NCBI GenBank assembly: GCA_002633005.1
Contig: NMRA01000281.1
Span: 203,123-267,122 of the forward strand
Origin: Phoronis australis
Taxonomy: Eukaryota > Animalia > Phoronida
DNA: 64,000 bases
Direction: 5' to 3'
This document shows positions 1-13,900 of this stretch, piece after piece. The translations under genes were made by a program, and so were the position numbers. The notes below the pieces were generated by a model. That model saw nothing but the letters and a program-made list of their open reading frames with translations, was not told the origin of the DNA and did not search any database. The first letter of the stretch is position 1. Every line of letters starts with the position of its first letter.

Positions 1-1619
1 CACTTTTACCTAGCCCATGAATGCCATGTTTATTTAGGCACAAATTAAGACATCTATGCACAAAATACATATCCATTAGTGTTTCAAAACATTTATCAAT
101 CAAAACACAACGTTTGTTTTCTTAGCATTCACTCTCCTAAGAAAAACACGATTTAAAAAACACACCTATATGAATGCCGTGTGTTAATTGTAAATGAAGA
201 TGAATACCAAAGTTTACATCCCGAAATACGTGAACTGTTGACTTATAACAGACCATGCCAAGTGCGTGCACTTCGGAGCATTCAGGCGCGAACACCTGCG
301 GGGTACCTGGGAAGTCACAAAGCCAGCTGAGCTTCACACGTGAAATTTCCGAGCAAAGCCTCATCCTGGGATAACATCAGCACGGCTTTCGCATTATGAA
401 CTGAATTTTTTCCACAGGAAGTCACACAATGCGACGTAATGGGACCTTGCGCTGCTGTTCATAAATACATGTACTCTTCTCGTTTCGTTAAATTAAAAAG
501 ATGCTAAACTGTGTTTTTTGTTTTACCCAAAACTGCTCCCGCAACCTACGACTGTAAAATTAGTTGGCAGGCTACTTTCCTAAAAAGATGAAAACATTAT
601 CCAGCTGATACTCTTTCCTCACTGTACGTCATGAAGTAGTCCAAGACGTGCGTCGTCTGCGCACAGTCGTCCTTTAACTCGCCGGAAACGTTAGTCACAC
701 TAACCGACTGAACAAATTTTCTGAGGAATTGTCGAACTTGAATCAAACTTTTCAGGATAGGCGAAGGTCTACCGAGCATTATTACAGTAGGAGTCAAAGG
801 TAAGTACAAAGTCGACATAAATCTCCTTTCGTAGACAAAATCCAACTTTAATTTCCTTTTAAAAACTTTACTGAACAAAATGTTAATGAACATTACTTCA
901 GTCAAAGTGATTTCTCGACATGACACCATTTTCTCATAGCGTTATTATGAATATTTTATCAATTTCAAGCTTGTATTTCTTGTGGTGTGCAAAAACTGGT
1001 TGCCGGAGTAAATGACACAAAATTCGTTTGTATTGCTTAGGTAACTGAATAAATGCAACTACGTACATTGTACAGCCGAGGACTGTAATTTACAAAACAA
1101 ACGCACTTCCATTAAAGTTGTTTATGACCTTATCGACAAGTTTGTGTATTAAGTCAAATATCTACACAATTATAGATTTTAATTCCGTAAAAGTACATAT
1201 TTTCTGAACGCAGAAAACCTGCAGAGTTTGAGGAGTAACTTAACACGAATATCTCCCATTATGGGGTCACGTGACAATGACTTTTCAATAACATTTATCA
1301 AAAACCAAAGGAAAACTCATACAATGGTAACAATAACAGCCAAATTTCGTTTGATATAAATGTTCAAGGCGGAATTGAATAAATGCATTATAGTTTCGTT
1401 TTACGCAACTTTTAGTGATACTTTTTTCACAAAATAGGGAACGTTTGATAACCGCTTGACATGCAAAAGCGTAGCTTTCTAAAAACAACTTCTAGCAGCG
1501 TTTTGGAGAGTAAGGCATAAAGTATATTATGCTATTAGTGTATCAAAACTAGGACTTTTATAATTTTCATGAAGAAAACTGTTAAGCTGGATAAAGCGAA
1601 AACGAAATGATATTTTTGA

Positions 1620-1810
1620 AAACTTTTTAGATCTTATCTTAAACATTAAAATCAAATAAAATGTTATCATGATTATTGACACCGTTGCTTGATTATCAAT
1701 GTGTCTTTCTTTTTTATTAAATGTTAAAAAGACATGCTCACGTGAACCAGTTAATGGCAGATTGGTAAGAAAGTAAAAAGCAAGTTGTACAGGTTTTCTA
1801 ATTCAGAAAT
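1620..1810 (+). repeat. Old dispersed repeat; related copy at about 12790-12965
   Basis: Collinear blocks aatcaaat.aaat, ttattga.accgttg, tcaatgt, tcacgtga and tacaggt.ttcta. Confidence 0.55.
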
Positions 1811-2978
1811 TATGAAGTTTTAATGGGTTAAAATTCACAATTTTTAAATATTGAGCTTAATACGCAGTCCCGTCGATAAGGTCCTTTTTTGTTCTTAACT
1901 TCATAGATGCATTTTTTATCCAAGTGGTTCACATATTGGTGCATGCGCCTAAGTTTCTCATATAAACCCAGCTTGCGGGGCCCATACATTAATTCGCATA
2001 TAGATGCATCCGTTTTAACTGCCGCTATGAGATACAAGTTATCACTTGAGTGCACCAGGCCATGATTGTAAGCACTGGTTCACTACACAATGGTTTTGAT
2101 GCGAGTACGACTAAGCTAACATCTTACATCCTGTGCGAAAGATTCTCGAGGGACGCGCCATCCGATAACACTTAAGTTGAATTTCGCCAACAAAACGAAA
2201 AATATAAATCAGTTTGCAAGTCACCAAACTATCTGTGATGACACACAATGAATTTGTCAAACGCCTGCGGCGCCGTAGATGAAGCCCTTCTTCCCAATTG
2301 TTTCAAGCCCAGCGTACAAGATAACAAAGTAACCATAATACAAACAATAACATCTGTGATGTTCGCCATAACACGAGGACAGCACCGACTATAGTCTATA
2401 ATCTCAAATTTGTATAGCAAAACTACAGTGAAAACATATATTCTTGATTATTTCAATAACAAATCGAAGAACACTGTATCACATCTATACTGTAAATAAA
2501 CTTGAATTGCTTTGTAAAATTACCCTTGTTTTTGCATTGATAGTGATGGCGTTATGTGTTATTAAAATCTGACAAGATGTACTTCATACAATCTTTTGTT
2601 CATTGCGCTCCACTTGACGGAGTAAAACCTGATCCAATGGGCTCATACTATTTTGTCAATTATGCATATGCGGCAGTGTGTAGCAAGTTAAACAGCGTCC
2701 AGAGTGCCCAGTGCCGTGTAGTGGGGCGTAGGCGCAGCCAACCACCTTTTGGCATTTTAACGTAGCGCCTACGCATCGTAAGTTACGTTCAGTGCTCAAG
2801 GTGATACGGTAGGCTTTGGGCGCCTACTTACCTCTAACTTTACCACTACAGCAATGAGAATGCCTGGAAAGTGACTAAATCACGTTCTACACACGATCGG
2901 TCGTTCTTTTAGTTTGCTGTTATGTTAACTGCATATCTTCGTTACCAGAGTCACATTTCAAGTACTTTTTAAACTTTT

Positions 2979-3153
2979 GGCCGCTGTTTTTAATCTCAGT
3001 ACTCGAAATTCGACTCGACTATTGGCCAATAGCATGTCATACTTCGAGCAAAATTACAAACTTCTACTCAAATAATGCATTGATTGGTTGAATTTCAAAT
3101 CTGATTGTGAGTTTCCAAGCTATTAAGCTATATACATTTTCAAATCATTGGCC
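2979..3153. mobile_element. Possible degenerate MITE with GGCC termini
   Basis: Ends ggccgctgtttttaa / ttcaaatcattggcc and internal ccaat / attgg symmetry; weak evidence. Confidence 0.35.
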
Positions 3154-5154
3154 ACAGAAATGCATTTGAACATGGATTTTTATCCAATAAAGTGGCCGAG
3201 CGTATGTTGTAAAATGCGGTAATCTGTTTTTTTTTTTTTGAAGAAATTGCAATTCGAGTTCCCCGTAACGATTTTTTGAACGAGACTAACAAATTCCGTT
3301 TCAATATTTTGCTAGATACGTATTAGAAAATCCTGCCTGAGACGAGTGTAGGATTTGTTTTCTCACCTGAACAGTAAAAAACGTGTCTCAAAGACTCAAA
3401 CTTTCACCGGCATGACGCAACTTTTGTAAAAGCACGATTGAGCAGTGGAAAGTAAACCCACTTACTTTTTTTAATAATTTCATTTTAAACTTAAAAATTG
3501 TAAATTGCGTTTAGTTTTCGTAACATTACGCTCATGTTGGAATCAAATAAACACTTTTGGAAGTTGTAACATTAAAACAAATGTTTTAAAAGAACACAGT
3601 CACCAGGGCTTCCTGGCGAGCGAGCACTGAATTGACCTTGATACAGCACAGCTAGTCAGTTTTACTGCGTGGTTTCTTGAGTTGGGGATTCGCCTCCGTT
3701 TGAATGAACGTGGGCTTGGAATTCGCCGCCGAAGATGGGTTCGTTTAAGAAGTATTTGCATGTCCTTCTGACTCGGAGTACGTACAGTTGCGACACCCGA
3801 TTTGTAAATCATAACCTTGCCCCCTTTACGGAATTCCGTCATTGTTTGGTTGTTGGTACTAGTCTTTTGCACTACTTTGTGATTCCCCCATGTAATATCA
3901 AAAATTACGTACTCGGTGTTATTAACCAATCGTGTCGAAACACATTCCAGGTCATGTGAGAAAACCTTGTCCGGGATTTTATGCCAAAGCCTCAGAACTC
4001 GGCTGCCAAAAATGAAGACTTCGGCGCTTAGTAGACATTTGTTTATTTTGATAGCTGACTTCTTGCGCTAAAAAAGCTTTGACAGAAACTCGCAGGCATT
4101 TTGTAACTTATGCCCATAGACCCGTCCGTCATTTAGTGAAGCAGCGACTATACCTGGAATTAGGCGCATGCTCTTATGTGTGAAACACTTGATGAAAAAC
4201 CAATGAGCAATTTTTTAAAATATAACGTGAGTGAAAATTTATTTAGCCGTATCAAAACTGTAGATATTGACGTATATTCAACTTAAAACTAAAAGTAACG
4301 TAGCAAAGTTGGACAAAAGCAAATAACAGAAGGAATAATACACAATTTAAGACATGAACAAATGCAACGGATAAGTAGCCGCCTGCGCCTATACACGTAG
4401 GTAAAATTACAAATTTCTTTGATAAAGGGCATTATTTCGGATATAGGCGCATAAATAAGAACATATAGAGCAATACTTTTGCTTTACATTGCTCTACCTT
4501 TACTCTTCTGAGATGGGTAGGTAGGTCTGTAGAATATTTTATTTTTCCGTTTTTCAATGTCGGGACGCGCTCGTTTTTATTGTAAAAATATTTCTCTTTT
4601 TTAAATTAAAAACAAAGATCCTTCGGACAAATTATAAATACAATGCTTTGAGTCACCTATACGTTACGATCGGCCATATTTCATTAAAATTGAAATTAAA
4701 AATTTAATGTGCACCTCAATCTCTTGTTTTGGTAAAAGCAGTCACGTGATTACAGCCCGCGCCCAGTCACAGTTTTTCCACATCATATTGTACGTGTTCA
4801 ATAACTCCACAGAAAAATCTACACGCAGTTCTATTGGTAGTCAACCAGCGTACTTAAAAATATTTCTCAGGGTCTAATTTCCGAACTCAGACTCGGTTCC
4901 CACTCACAGACACGGCGTAATTCGAATACACATTTGCAAGTTTAGTCGAAGCATGTCGTGTCATTGGTTTGGAATACAGAGATAAGATCCGAGTCCTCGA
5001 CGACAAGCGACCAATGGTGATCAAAGTATAGAAGTTATGAACAATTTACCTTAACAGAACATCAGTTTCAAGCAAAAACCCAGTACATGTAAATGTTTCG
5101 AAACGTGGTCCTGTGTGCGTTTGCGTTTTTCTTGTGCGTTTCGTTTTTTCTATG

Positions 5155-5432
5155 GGTCTGTTTTTTTAAAAGTGTCTTAAGACTTAAGTCAGAAGTTTGG
5201 CCTTACACTCCCACTTCACGTGAAAAACGTTTAGCCGAGTAATTATGAGTGCATCACGGTCTAGAAATAGTTTTACAAAATATCTCAGTAACTACACTGT
5301 AGCAGTTATGTGCATATTCTCAGAGACTTTGCATTTTTTCTTAAGTGAGATTTAATTGTATTTCAGAAGTAGTTGTATGGAACAAAGACCAAATTTCTGA
5401 CTTAAGTAAAGTCACTTCCTTTGAAACAGACC
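5155..5432. mobile_element. MITE of about 280 bp (right part duplicated at 6405-6540; degenerate relative at about 56503-56625)
   Basis: Imperfect inverted ends ggtctgttt...acttaagtcagaagtttgg / ccaaatttctgacttaagt...aaacagacc. Confidence 0.65.
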
Positions 5433-7563
5433 ACAGGATTATTAAAGTTCAAGTGGCATACTCATCGTCATGACAAGTTTTGCAGAAGCTTTTACACGCC
5501 TGTTAGCGGTCCCATGGGTCACTTTTTCAGCATGGGCAAAATTTGATGCTACACCAGCACTCAACACTACTTTTTATTAAAAACTCAGTAATATTTTCTG
5601 AACATTTCAAGACGCATATTTTTCATAATCAAGGATTTGGCGTTCATCTTGTAGTACTCCGATGAGAACGAGTGCTCAAAATTCCGTTTTTATCAAAAAA
5701 ATCGTCAACTGTAACAAACATGCGTCTATATATATAAGACCATCAAGTTACAAATGGACCATTAAGTTATTCATGCATACTACTGGACCACCTGAACGAA
5801 CCCCAACACCATGCTACTAACGAAATATTTGAATACGAACGAGTGAAAATTAACGCTTAAGACAGACTTGAATTTGTGGAAGATTCGTTGCTTGGACGAA
5901 TTATTTATGCTCATGCGAATGCTTGTGCTACGTGTGCATGCTATTTTATTCGTGAGCTAGGTGGTTCGTGGTATTGATTCAGTGGTTCGTAGGTACTGTT
6001 ATGAGGTACCGCTGACCACGAAATCGGTCATTGCTTTCTGATATTAATTCAAAACAAACAGAATTTCTTTAGTAAAAAACATAAACTGCAGATTTTTCGA
6101 TGGCGTCATATCCAATATGTCCTCGTTTCTGTAGCGTGTATAGAAGTTTATTCATAGTGATTGGATGCTCCCCCCGATGTAGATGCCCGGGGCCGTCACC
6201 CCGTCGCCCTCCCCCCCCCCCCTTCTGCACGCTGCTGCCTACTGCCTCGTGCAGCCTGTTTTGAAAATTTACTGAACACAAAGATTTTTGTCATGCGTTT
6301 GTGAAATGGGGTTGTTTCGACAGAATGTCGTTACGCTTGTGAGGCGACTATTAAATGCAGGGGTGTTCGCCATCAGTACTCCTTATTAACGCACATGTAT
6401 TATNAGTTGTGTGCATATTCTCAGAGACTTTGCATTTTTTCTTAAGTGAGATTTACTAAGTAATTGTTTTTCAGAAGTAGTTATATGGAACAAAGACGAA
6501 ATTTCTGACTTAAGTAAAGTCGCTTCCTTTGAAACAGATCACAGGATTAGTAAAGTTCAAGTGGTATACTCATCGTCATGACAAGTTTTGCAGAAGCTTT
6601 TACACGCCTGTTAGCGGTGCCATGGGTCACTTTTTCAGCATGGGCAAAATTTGATGCTACACCAGCACTCAACACTACTTTTTATTAAAAACTCAGTAAT
6701 ATTTTCTGAACATTTCAAGACGCATATTTTTCATAATCAAGGATTTGGCAGTTCATTTTGTAGTACTCCGATGAAAACGAGTGCTCAAAATTCCATTGTT
6801 ATCAAAAAATCGTCAACTGTAACAAACATGCGTCTATATATAAGACCATCAAGTTACAAATGGACCATTAAGTTATTCATGCATACTACTGGACCACCTG
6901 AACGAACCCCAACACCATGCTACTAGCGAAATATTTGAATACGAACGAGTGAAAATTAACGCTTAAGACAGACTTGAATTTGTGGAAGATTCGGTCCTTG
7001 GACGAATTATTTATGCTCATGCGAATGCGTGTGCTACGTGTGCATGCTATTTTATTCGTGAGCTAGATGTTGTGGTTCGTGGTATTGATTCAGTGGTTCG
7101 TAGGTACTGTTATGAGGTACCACTGACCACGAACTCGGTCATTGCTTTCTGATATTAATTCAAAACAAACAGAATTTCTTTAGTAAAAAACGTAAATTGC
7201 AGATTTTTCGAATGCGTCAAATCTATAATATGTCCTCGTGTCTGTAGCGTGTATAGAAGTTTATCCCCCCCCCCCCTNCCCCCCCCCTTCTGCACGCTGC
7301 TGCCTACTGCCTCGTGCAGCCTGTTTTGAAAATTTACTGAACACAAAGATTTTTGTCATGCGTTTGTGAAATGGGGTTGTTTCGACAGAATGTCGTTACA
7401 CTTTTGAGGCGACTATTAAATGCAGGGTTGTTCGTCATCAGTACCCCTAAATGCAGAGTTGTTCGTCATCAGTACCCCTAAATGCAGGGGTGTTCGTCAT
7501 CAGTACCCCCAAATGCAGGGTTGTTCGTCATCAGTACACCTTATTAACGCATATGTATTATTA
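5302..7563 (+). repeat. Tandem duplication of about 1.1 kb joined at a single N (5302-6403 and 6405-7563); probably two haplotypes assembled in tandem
   Basis: Near-identical copies with scattered SNPs and indels; N at 6404 sits exactly at the junction. Confidence 0.85.
7418..7540 (+). repeat. 31-bp minisatellite, about 4 copies
   Basis: Unit aaatgcagggttgttcgtcatcagtacccct; only one unit is present in the other duplicate copy (about 6354-6382). Confidence 0.9.
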
Positions 7564-8274
7564 AGTAACTGTTGCAACAAACATGCCTACACTAGACATG
7601 CAGATAATTGATTGGCACACGCTAATTAGTGCAACTTCCCTAAATATATACAACACCTGTAGCTTAAACCCAGATATCAAACAGCAATAGAGCTCCGATA
7701 AAGCTAGTCATATTTATTTTCTAAAGGTGACATGAATTAATTGTTAGGCTACTATTTTGTGCAATAATATTTCCATCGATTTTTTGATGTCGGTATGGGG
7801 TCCATTGTCTCAATGTTTTTCATGTTTTATTGATACAAATGTGAAGTAAATTGAGCCGTGTTTAATTGTAAACATTGCTATCAGAGCAGTACAATAAGCG
7901 TTTGTAAGAATAACATCGCTAATTAGACGAGGAACTAAACGAGGATCACGTGACCCGCTTTAAGTATATTTGAACAACGAATTTCACAACAGTACTAAAT
8001 AAAAGCATCCTCCATGGATTCGTGCTTTCTAAATGTATGATTAATGCTTTTACAATCCACAGTATTTTGCTAGAATTGTATACATACGAAGAGACAGAAA
8101 ACCAAGCTTCCATTAAAGCGGCATTAAACCGGCGTCTCCTGTCGAAAATTTTGAATTTTAGTTTATGCAACTCAACGTTCTAAAACTGGCCTAGTCGTGT
8201 TGTTCCTTTGTCAGTTTAGAAGTGGTCTTCAGTCTACAGACCAAATTTCCGGTATCGGCGTGGTATGACGAAAT

Positions 8275-8356
8275 AACACTGAAACACCTCCATTTCGACT
8301 AAGGAACAATTTGAGACTAGTTTCGTATCGGTAAGTTGACTAAATCAAAACTTGAG
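8275..8356 (+). repeat. Dispersed repeat fragment; related copy at about 54930-55008
   Basis: Shared gacta.ggaacaatttgagac.agtt...gtaagt..ctaaa.caaaa.ttga. Confidence 0.55.
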
Positions 8357-9937
8357 TGTACTAACTGCCGCTTAAAACGAGTACTAAGTCGACAGTTTAT
8401 GAAAAAAAACAAATTGCCATGTTCGGCTAAACAAGCGCTTCAAACTGTATCATATACATGTAGCTTTTGTCATAAATAATTTTATCAAAGCTGCACTCTC
8501 TCTCTCCGATTACTTCAAAATAAAAACGAATGTGATAGTTTAACCTGTGTAACTGGTCTTGGTAGCATCGGTTTTATGATTAAGCTTGAATTGGGAGGAG
8601 AAACGAACGTAAATGAAGAGCTGATCTGTCCTATGTTTTTTTCGGAAGCGTCTCGTAATAAAATGTTTCAGAAGTACATCTTCGTAGCAACGGAACTAAG
8701 GTCATCTCATGGAAATGAAAATGTTAAGATCGGTTTTGCAAAGGTAGAAGTGGCCCAAGTTTCTTTTAGATATTTAACAGAAGCAAACGAAGATGAGCAA
8801 ACTTATTATTCCAAAACCTTGGTCTGATTTCTGTTCATTGAATTTTAATGCAGTCAAAAGGAAATTGCGCCATGCCAAACGTTTTATCTAACAGACTGCC
8901 ATCTGGTGGTCCATGGCAAGTTTTTGTACTGGCTGCTAAACGCTGGTGAGAACTTGATTTCTTTTAGGTCTAATTGTTATACAAGTTGCTGCTTGGAGTT
9001 CGGAGAATATTAAAAATCGAAACCAGCGGGGCAAGTAAGCTTTTCCTACTTATAACGAAGTAAAAGCCCTCTTGAAATTATCGCCTTGAAACCCGATGAC
9101 GTTCTTTAACCAGGGGCACTGTCTACGAAAAGGCGACTACGTGCATCAAAGTTCCGCCGCCTTCTTACACCTAGTTTACCGAATCTCTCTAGGTCTTCGC
9201 ATTGTGGGCAAGATTAACACGCATTGAAACTAAAGTCCTTGTCTCGGTTCACAACCTTTTGATCAGGGTTCTTAAACAAGTCAATATTTAAATAAAACAC
9301 TGTTTTTACAGATGTTTCCACAAATAAGAAATAAAAGCCGCGGAGAGTGGGAGATTAAAGAATGTTTTTCTTATAAAATTTCCTGGCACAGTGCAAACTT
9401 AGTTTTAAGTAGTTTAAACTCATCTATTGAAATGACTGTATATGTTTTGAATAACTTGTACTGACGGTATAAAGAGCTAGCTTTGACTAGTCCGCGGGCT
9501 GACTTCAAGGAATCAATGAATTCGTTGAATGCAAGCCAACAGCGGTGAGTTGTGGCACAAAACGTGTGCTGGTGGGTCTCGTGGCCGTGTGTTGAGTACA
9601 TTGGATCAAAAAAAGAAAATATTTTTACCTCATCTTGATTGAACTAAAACAAATGAAACATTTAATTTTCCAGATATCCTGCTTGTCTCTAATGGTTTTT
9701 GGGAATTGAAACCCTTGTCAATTACTCGAAAAATATCAAATTAAACTTATTACGCATGTAACTGCAATAACAGCAATAGAATCTATAACAATTAGTGATC
9801 ATAGAAATGATAAAAATGTATTGAAATAACTTTTAATTGTTAGCAATTGTCACCCGTATGTGCAAGTGGCTCCAATCAAACACTTTTCTTTTAAAAACAA
9901 TCCTTTATAACAACAGTGACAATTATGCAGTGATACT

Positions 9938-10112
9938 AATAATGATGATGGTGGTGGTGTTGGTGATGATGATGGTGATGGTGGTAGTGATGGTGGTGAT
10001 GGTTATGGTGGTGGTGACGGTGATGGTGGTGGTGGTGGTGGTGGTGGTGGTGGTGGTAATGGTGATGGTGATGGTGGTGGTGGTGATAATATTTATGATG
10101 ACGGGGAAGATG
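9938..10112 (+). repeat. (GGT/GAT)n trinucleotide microsatellite
   Basis: Seen directly; explains the poly-Val, poly-His and poly-Thr ORFs. Confidence 0.95.
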
Positions 10113-10779
10113 GTCATTAGTATAAAAATGTGTTTTACCCAATCAAATCAACGTGTTTAAACACAAGGTATGGCTGTTTTCATTCTCATTTCGTCTGTAA
10201 GCTGTGATGTCGAGTTATTCTAGTCTTTTGTTTGTATCACAGTAGCAAGGAAGATGAACAATACAACAACAACGAAAACATCAACAACAATGAATGCAAT
10301 GGTAATGATTACGGTTATTATAATGATAATCATAATAGCAATGATTGGTAGCACTGAGGGAAAAACGAAGAAAGGGGAAGACAAGAAGAACATGGGATAA
10401 TCGTTGTATTAATACATCACTTGTTTCCGGCGAAAACATGATGAACAAAGTCATGTCACTTTGACTCAGATTTAATCTTCTGCGTTTCTAGTTTTGCTAC
10501 CTGAGAAAGTAAATTGAAGACAGCTCATCAACTGTTCGCCAATGCCAGAGCGTGGGTGGTGTCAGGTCACTGAGATAGTGGAACATGAAGCGCATAGCTA
10601 CAGCTGTAGAAAAGTAGTTCCTGTTCGAGATTGAGCAGCCTGAAATCATACGCCATTTTGTAGAGTAAATATCTGAAATAAGTGGTGAAATCTGACCCAG
10701 TTAAATATAATCACAGAAGATGAATATGTATGTCTATAAAATTGAAGTGGTATCATTGGCAAGAAAGGTAATTGCCTGA

Positions 10780-10930
10780 TGTCAACGCTAGCGCGGATTC
10801 GAGCCTGGACCCTTTGCTGTCGCAGCCAATCCCTCTACTGGCGGAGTTAGTCTCACTCAATAAATGGCAGAGTACTTTAATTAAGTATACTTAAGTGGTA
10901 AAGTTAGTGGCCTCGATTTCAGCGAATGTC
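10780..10930 (-). repeat. Dispersed repeat with a tRNA-like (A-box/B-box) core; relatives at about 13550-13700 and 22875-23010
   Basis: The minus strand reads taactc..ccagtagag...ggctcgaatcc. The 13.6-kb copy has gggttcgattccgg. Shared flanking blocks include tctcactc and gatttcagcga. Confidence 0.55.
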
Positions 10931-13900
10931 TGACAGATATATGCGAAAATTGACGATTTGCAATAGAATTACGAAACACAAAGGATTTCATAGTTCAATA
11001 GCTCTGATCAAAGCTCATAAATTCGAAAAGTCTATCCTTAAGCCGTAATCCGAGAAACGGCTTTTTATGTCGTAAAAACCATAATGTCTCTTTAACGCGT
11101 GTCAAATCTCCTAAAACTGACATAAAGACAAAAGGTGAACACTGTGACAGATATTGTTATTGCTTTGTACTATATTGTCCACGGGAGATGACGCCTCTGA
11201 AGGGCATGTTGACAAAATTACGGAAATAAATTAACATATTTAATGCACATTAACTACTTGGGATCTTTTCTCCCACCGGACCGGAAATGTCTTCATTGTT
11301 GCGTTAAGCAACAGAGGGCATTATAGCGAACTTTATCTTTACATTAATAGTGAATGCGCTGTGGATAATGGAGTAACGCAAATCTAAAATTGTTTTACGT
11401 TTACATTTGTTAATGTATTTCATAACACTGTTGTTCGCGTAATTAATATTTTACAAAGAAAACAGCTAGGAGTGACACGTCTAAACAGTTGGTTTTTAAT
11501 ATTTTACCACGCCATTGTATGGGGATGTTTTCAAATAACCAGTAGTTTAATGTGTGATAAATATTATAAAAACACTCGATCTAATTTTTAAAAATGTCAA
11601 AATACTCAAGAGGAACGCGATCTCCCATTGACATGGAACTATTCAAGTATAACAAAGGTATACAAATGTCAAGTTATTTTTCAACAACAGACTGAGTTTT
11701 CCTGTTGTGCACGATATTTCACAAAAAATCTGGGTTAAATGGATTTTTAAACATATCCATATAGGCAAAAACAATTCAGTCTAATGTGATATTCGATATT
11801 TTATCAAAGACACCAAGTACCGGCTTAAAAAATCCATTACTCGATTCCAAAATAATGATTGCTTGGCAAACTCGGTTAAAATTAAAACTAACTGCCACGT
11901 CATTTTGCCACGGCTATTATTTAACTTGAGCAAATGGCTTGTTTTCGCCTGCGGCGAGAAATACATTTCCCAATGAAGTTAATGTTTTGTTTTCTGGATC
12001 TACAAATGGATGTATGTTTAGAAAAGCCGCGCTGCACTCCAAACGTTTAAACACAATGCTTGGTAATTGAGAACCGTTCAGTTCCCTTGAAAGACAGGTT
12101 TCAATGACAGGTCGTTTATCCAAACATGCTCTTTCATGAGATACCAACTATTCGCTGTCAGACCGATGCGAATTTTCCACGCACAGTGCATGATTTAGCA
12201 AATACTTTTAAACTAGTATATTTGATAAAACAGTATCTAAAAGCTTAATATAGAAAAAATAAACACGTCATCACAAATATTTGGTAAAGTTTACGTAGCG
12301 GGCGATATTTCTACAATCACGCTTATTCTAATATTAACAATAAGAATGCAGAACTGTTTACATCTCTATATGATCATCGTGAACGCGGTTGAAACCTTCA
12401 TTCAGTCAAATTGAGGCCCATTTAATAAAGCAATATTTTGTATACCCTCAATAAATAAACATGGGGAGAAAAGGTTTCTTTTCTTCCGGGGACTTGTCTA
12501 AACATCCATTAGACCCGTGTGACACTAAAAACAATCTAATGTTTGTTAACGGGACCTTTTCCCAAATACGATGCTCTACACCTGCGTGTCCCGGACTCTA
12601 AAGGCAGGAACCTCAGGTGTGTCGTATTTTTCCCTGTTTTCTGCAAGCAGGTGACTCGTGATGATCTTATTTCTAATGACAACAAAACGTCTTTATTAAT
12701 TGTTTTTGAAATTTTCCACTTTTGCAAAAGGGACTAGCAAATGTAAGACATCTAATTTTTTCATAAAAAAATCTAAAATTTTGTCAATGAATTGATATTT
12801 TACCGTAATCAAATGAAATTTCATAATGTTATTGATACCGTTGTTTTGCTCTCAATGTCAATTTCTGTTTTGCTAAATTTTATTAAAATACTTGTTCACG
12901 TGACCCAATTTTTGACACATCTGTAAAAAGCCAAGAATATAAATTCTACAGGTATTCTACTTTTAGATGAGTACGCTTTTATTGAGTTAACATTTATAGT
13001 TTTGTAAATATTTGGCTGAATATGCAGACTTTGTAAACAAGGCGCTAAACAAAATGAACACAAAATCGTGTAAAAGGTAACCTTCATTTGCCGTCAAATG
13101 ACTATTTGTTTAAAATCGGTTTGGAATTAATTTATGCGACATTGGGAACCACCATGAAAACCAACCGCTCACGTTAGCGTCTATTCGTTTAAAGGTGTCC
13201 CTCGTCAATTCGTTTCGCGGTCAAGTGGCCGGCGGTCGACGGGCGTGGAACCCAGATAGTTTGCTGACTTCTGTTTATGTAATCTATAACCCTTACCACT
13301 ACATGAGAACAATAAGTCATTTCGTAAATAAATAACTTGGATTTCAACACGTCTTTGGTTTAATTAAATAGAGTTTATATAAATCTCCCTAGTTGTTATA
13401 GTTTACAGGGCGAGTTTATTTTATTTTGTTCGTCTTATCTACTGTTTTGTCTGAAGTTGCTGAAACAGATGTTTTGCTGATAACCCCGCCGGTCGACAAC
13501 GTTCGACTTGATATAGTCTATATTTAAAGGGACATTACTGGCGATTAAGTGATTTTCTGAGATCAGCCTCGGTCCGGAATCGAACCCGGAATCCCCGTGG
13601 CCGTATCCTGACACTCTATTGGAAGAGTTAAATCTCACTCGATAGTTAACCGGACATTTTAAGGATATTTTACTAGTAAAGTCACGGGCCTTTGGCAGAC
13701 ACCGGCGAGTAGTGTCGATTTGAAATAGAATTTCAGTTATACAACGGATATTATTTTTATAGGTCTGGTCAAAGTCAATAACTTCAAGAATTCTACACCA
13801 TCCAACAATAATTCCAAAACATGCGATTTTCGGATTTAAATGTCCTTTCAGACATGCAAACCAGCAATGTACATATCGACGAACTGTTATACAAAAACCC

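Noticed and set aside
3600-3959. 109-aa basic ORF as a retroelement or gene fragment
   Set aside because: No recognisable motif or splice support; needs BLASTX.
9837-10160. His-rich, Thr-rich and Val/Met-rich ORFs (similar cases at 20457-20642 and 26164-26475)
   Set aside because: Translations of microsatellites.
13560-13640. Functional tRNA gene
   Set aside because: Only the B-box/T-arm (gggttcgattcc) is good. I could not build a full cloverleaf, and degenerate relatives exist elsewhere in the window.
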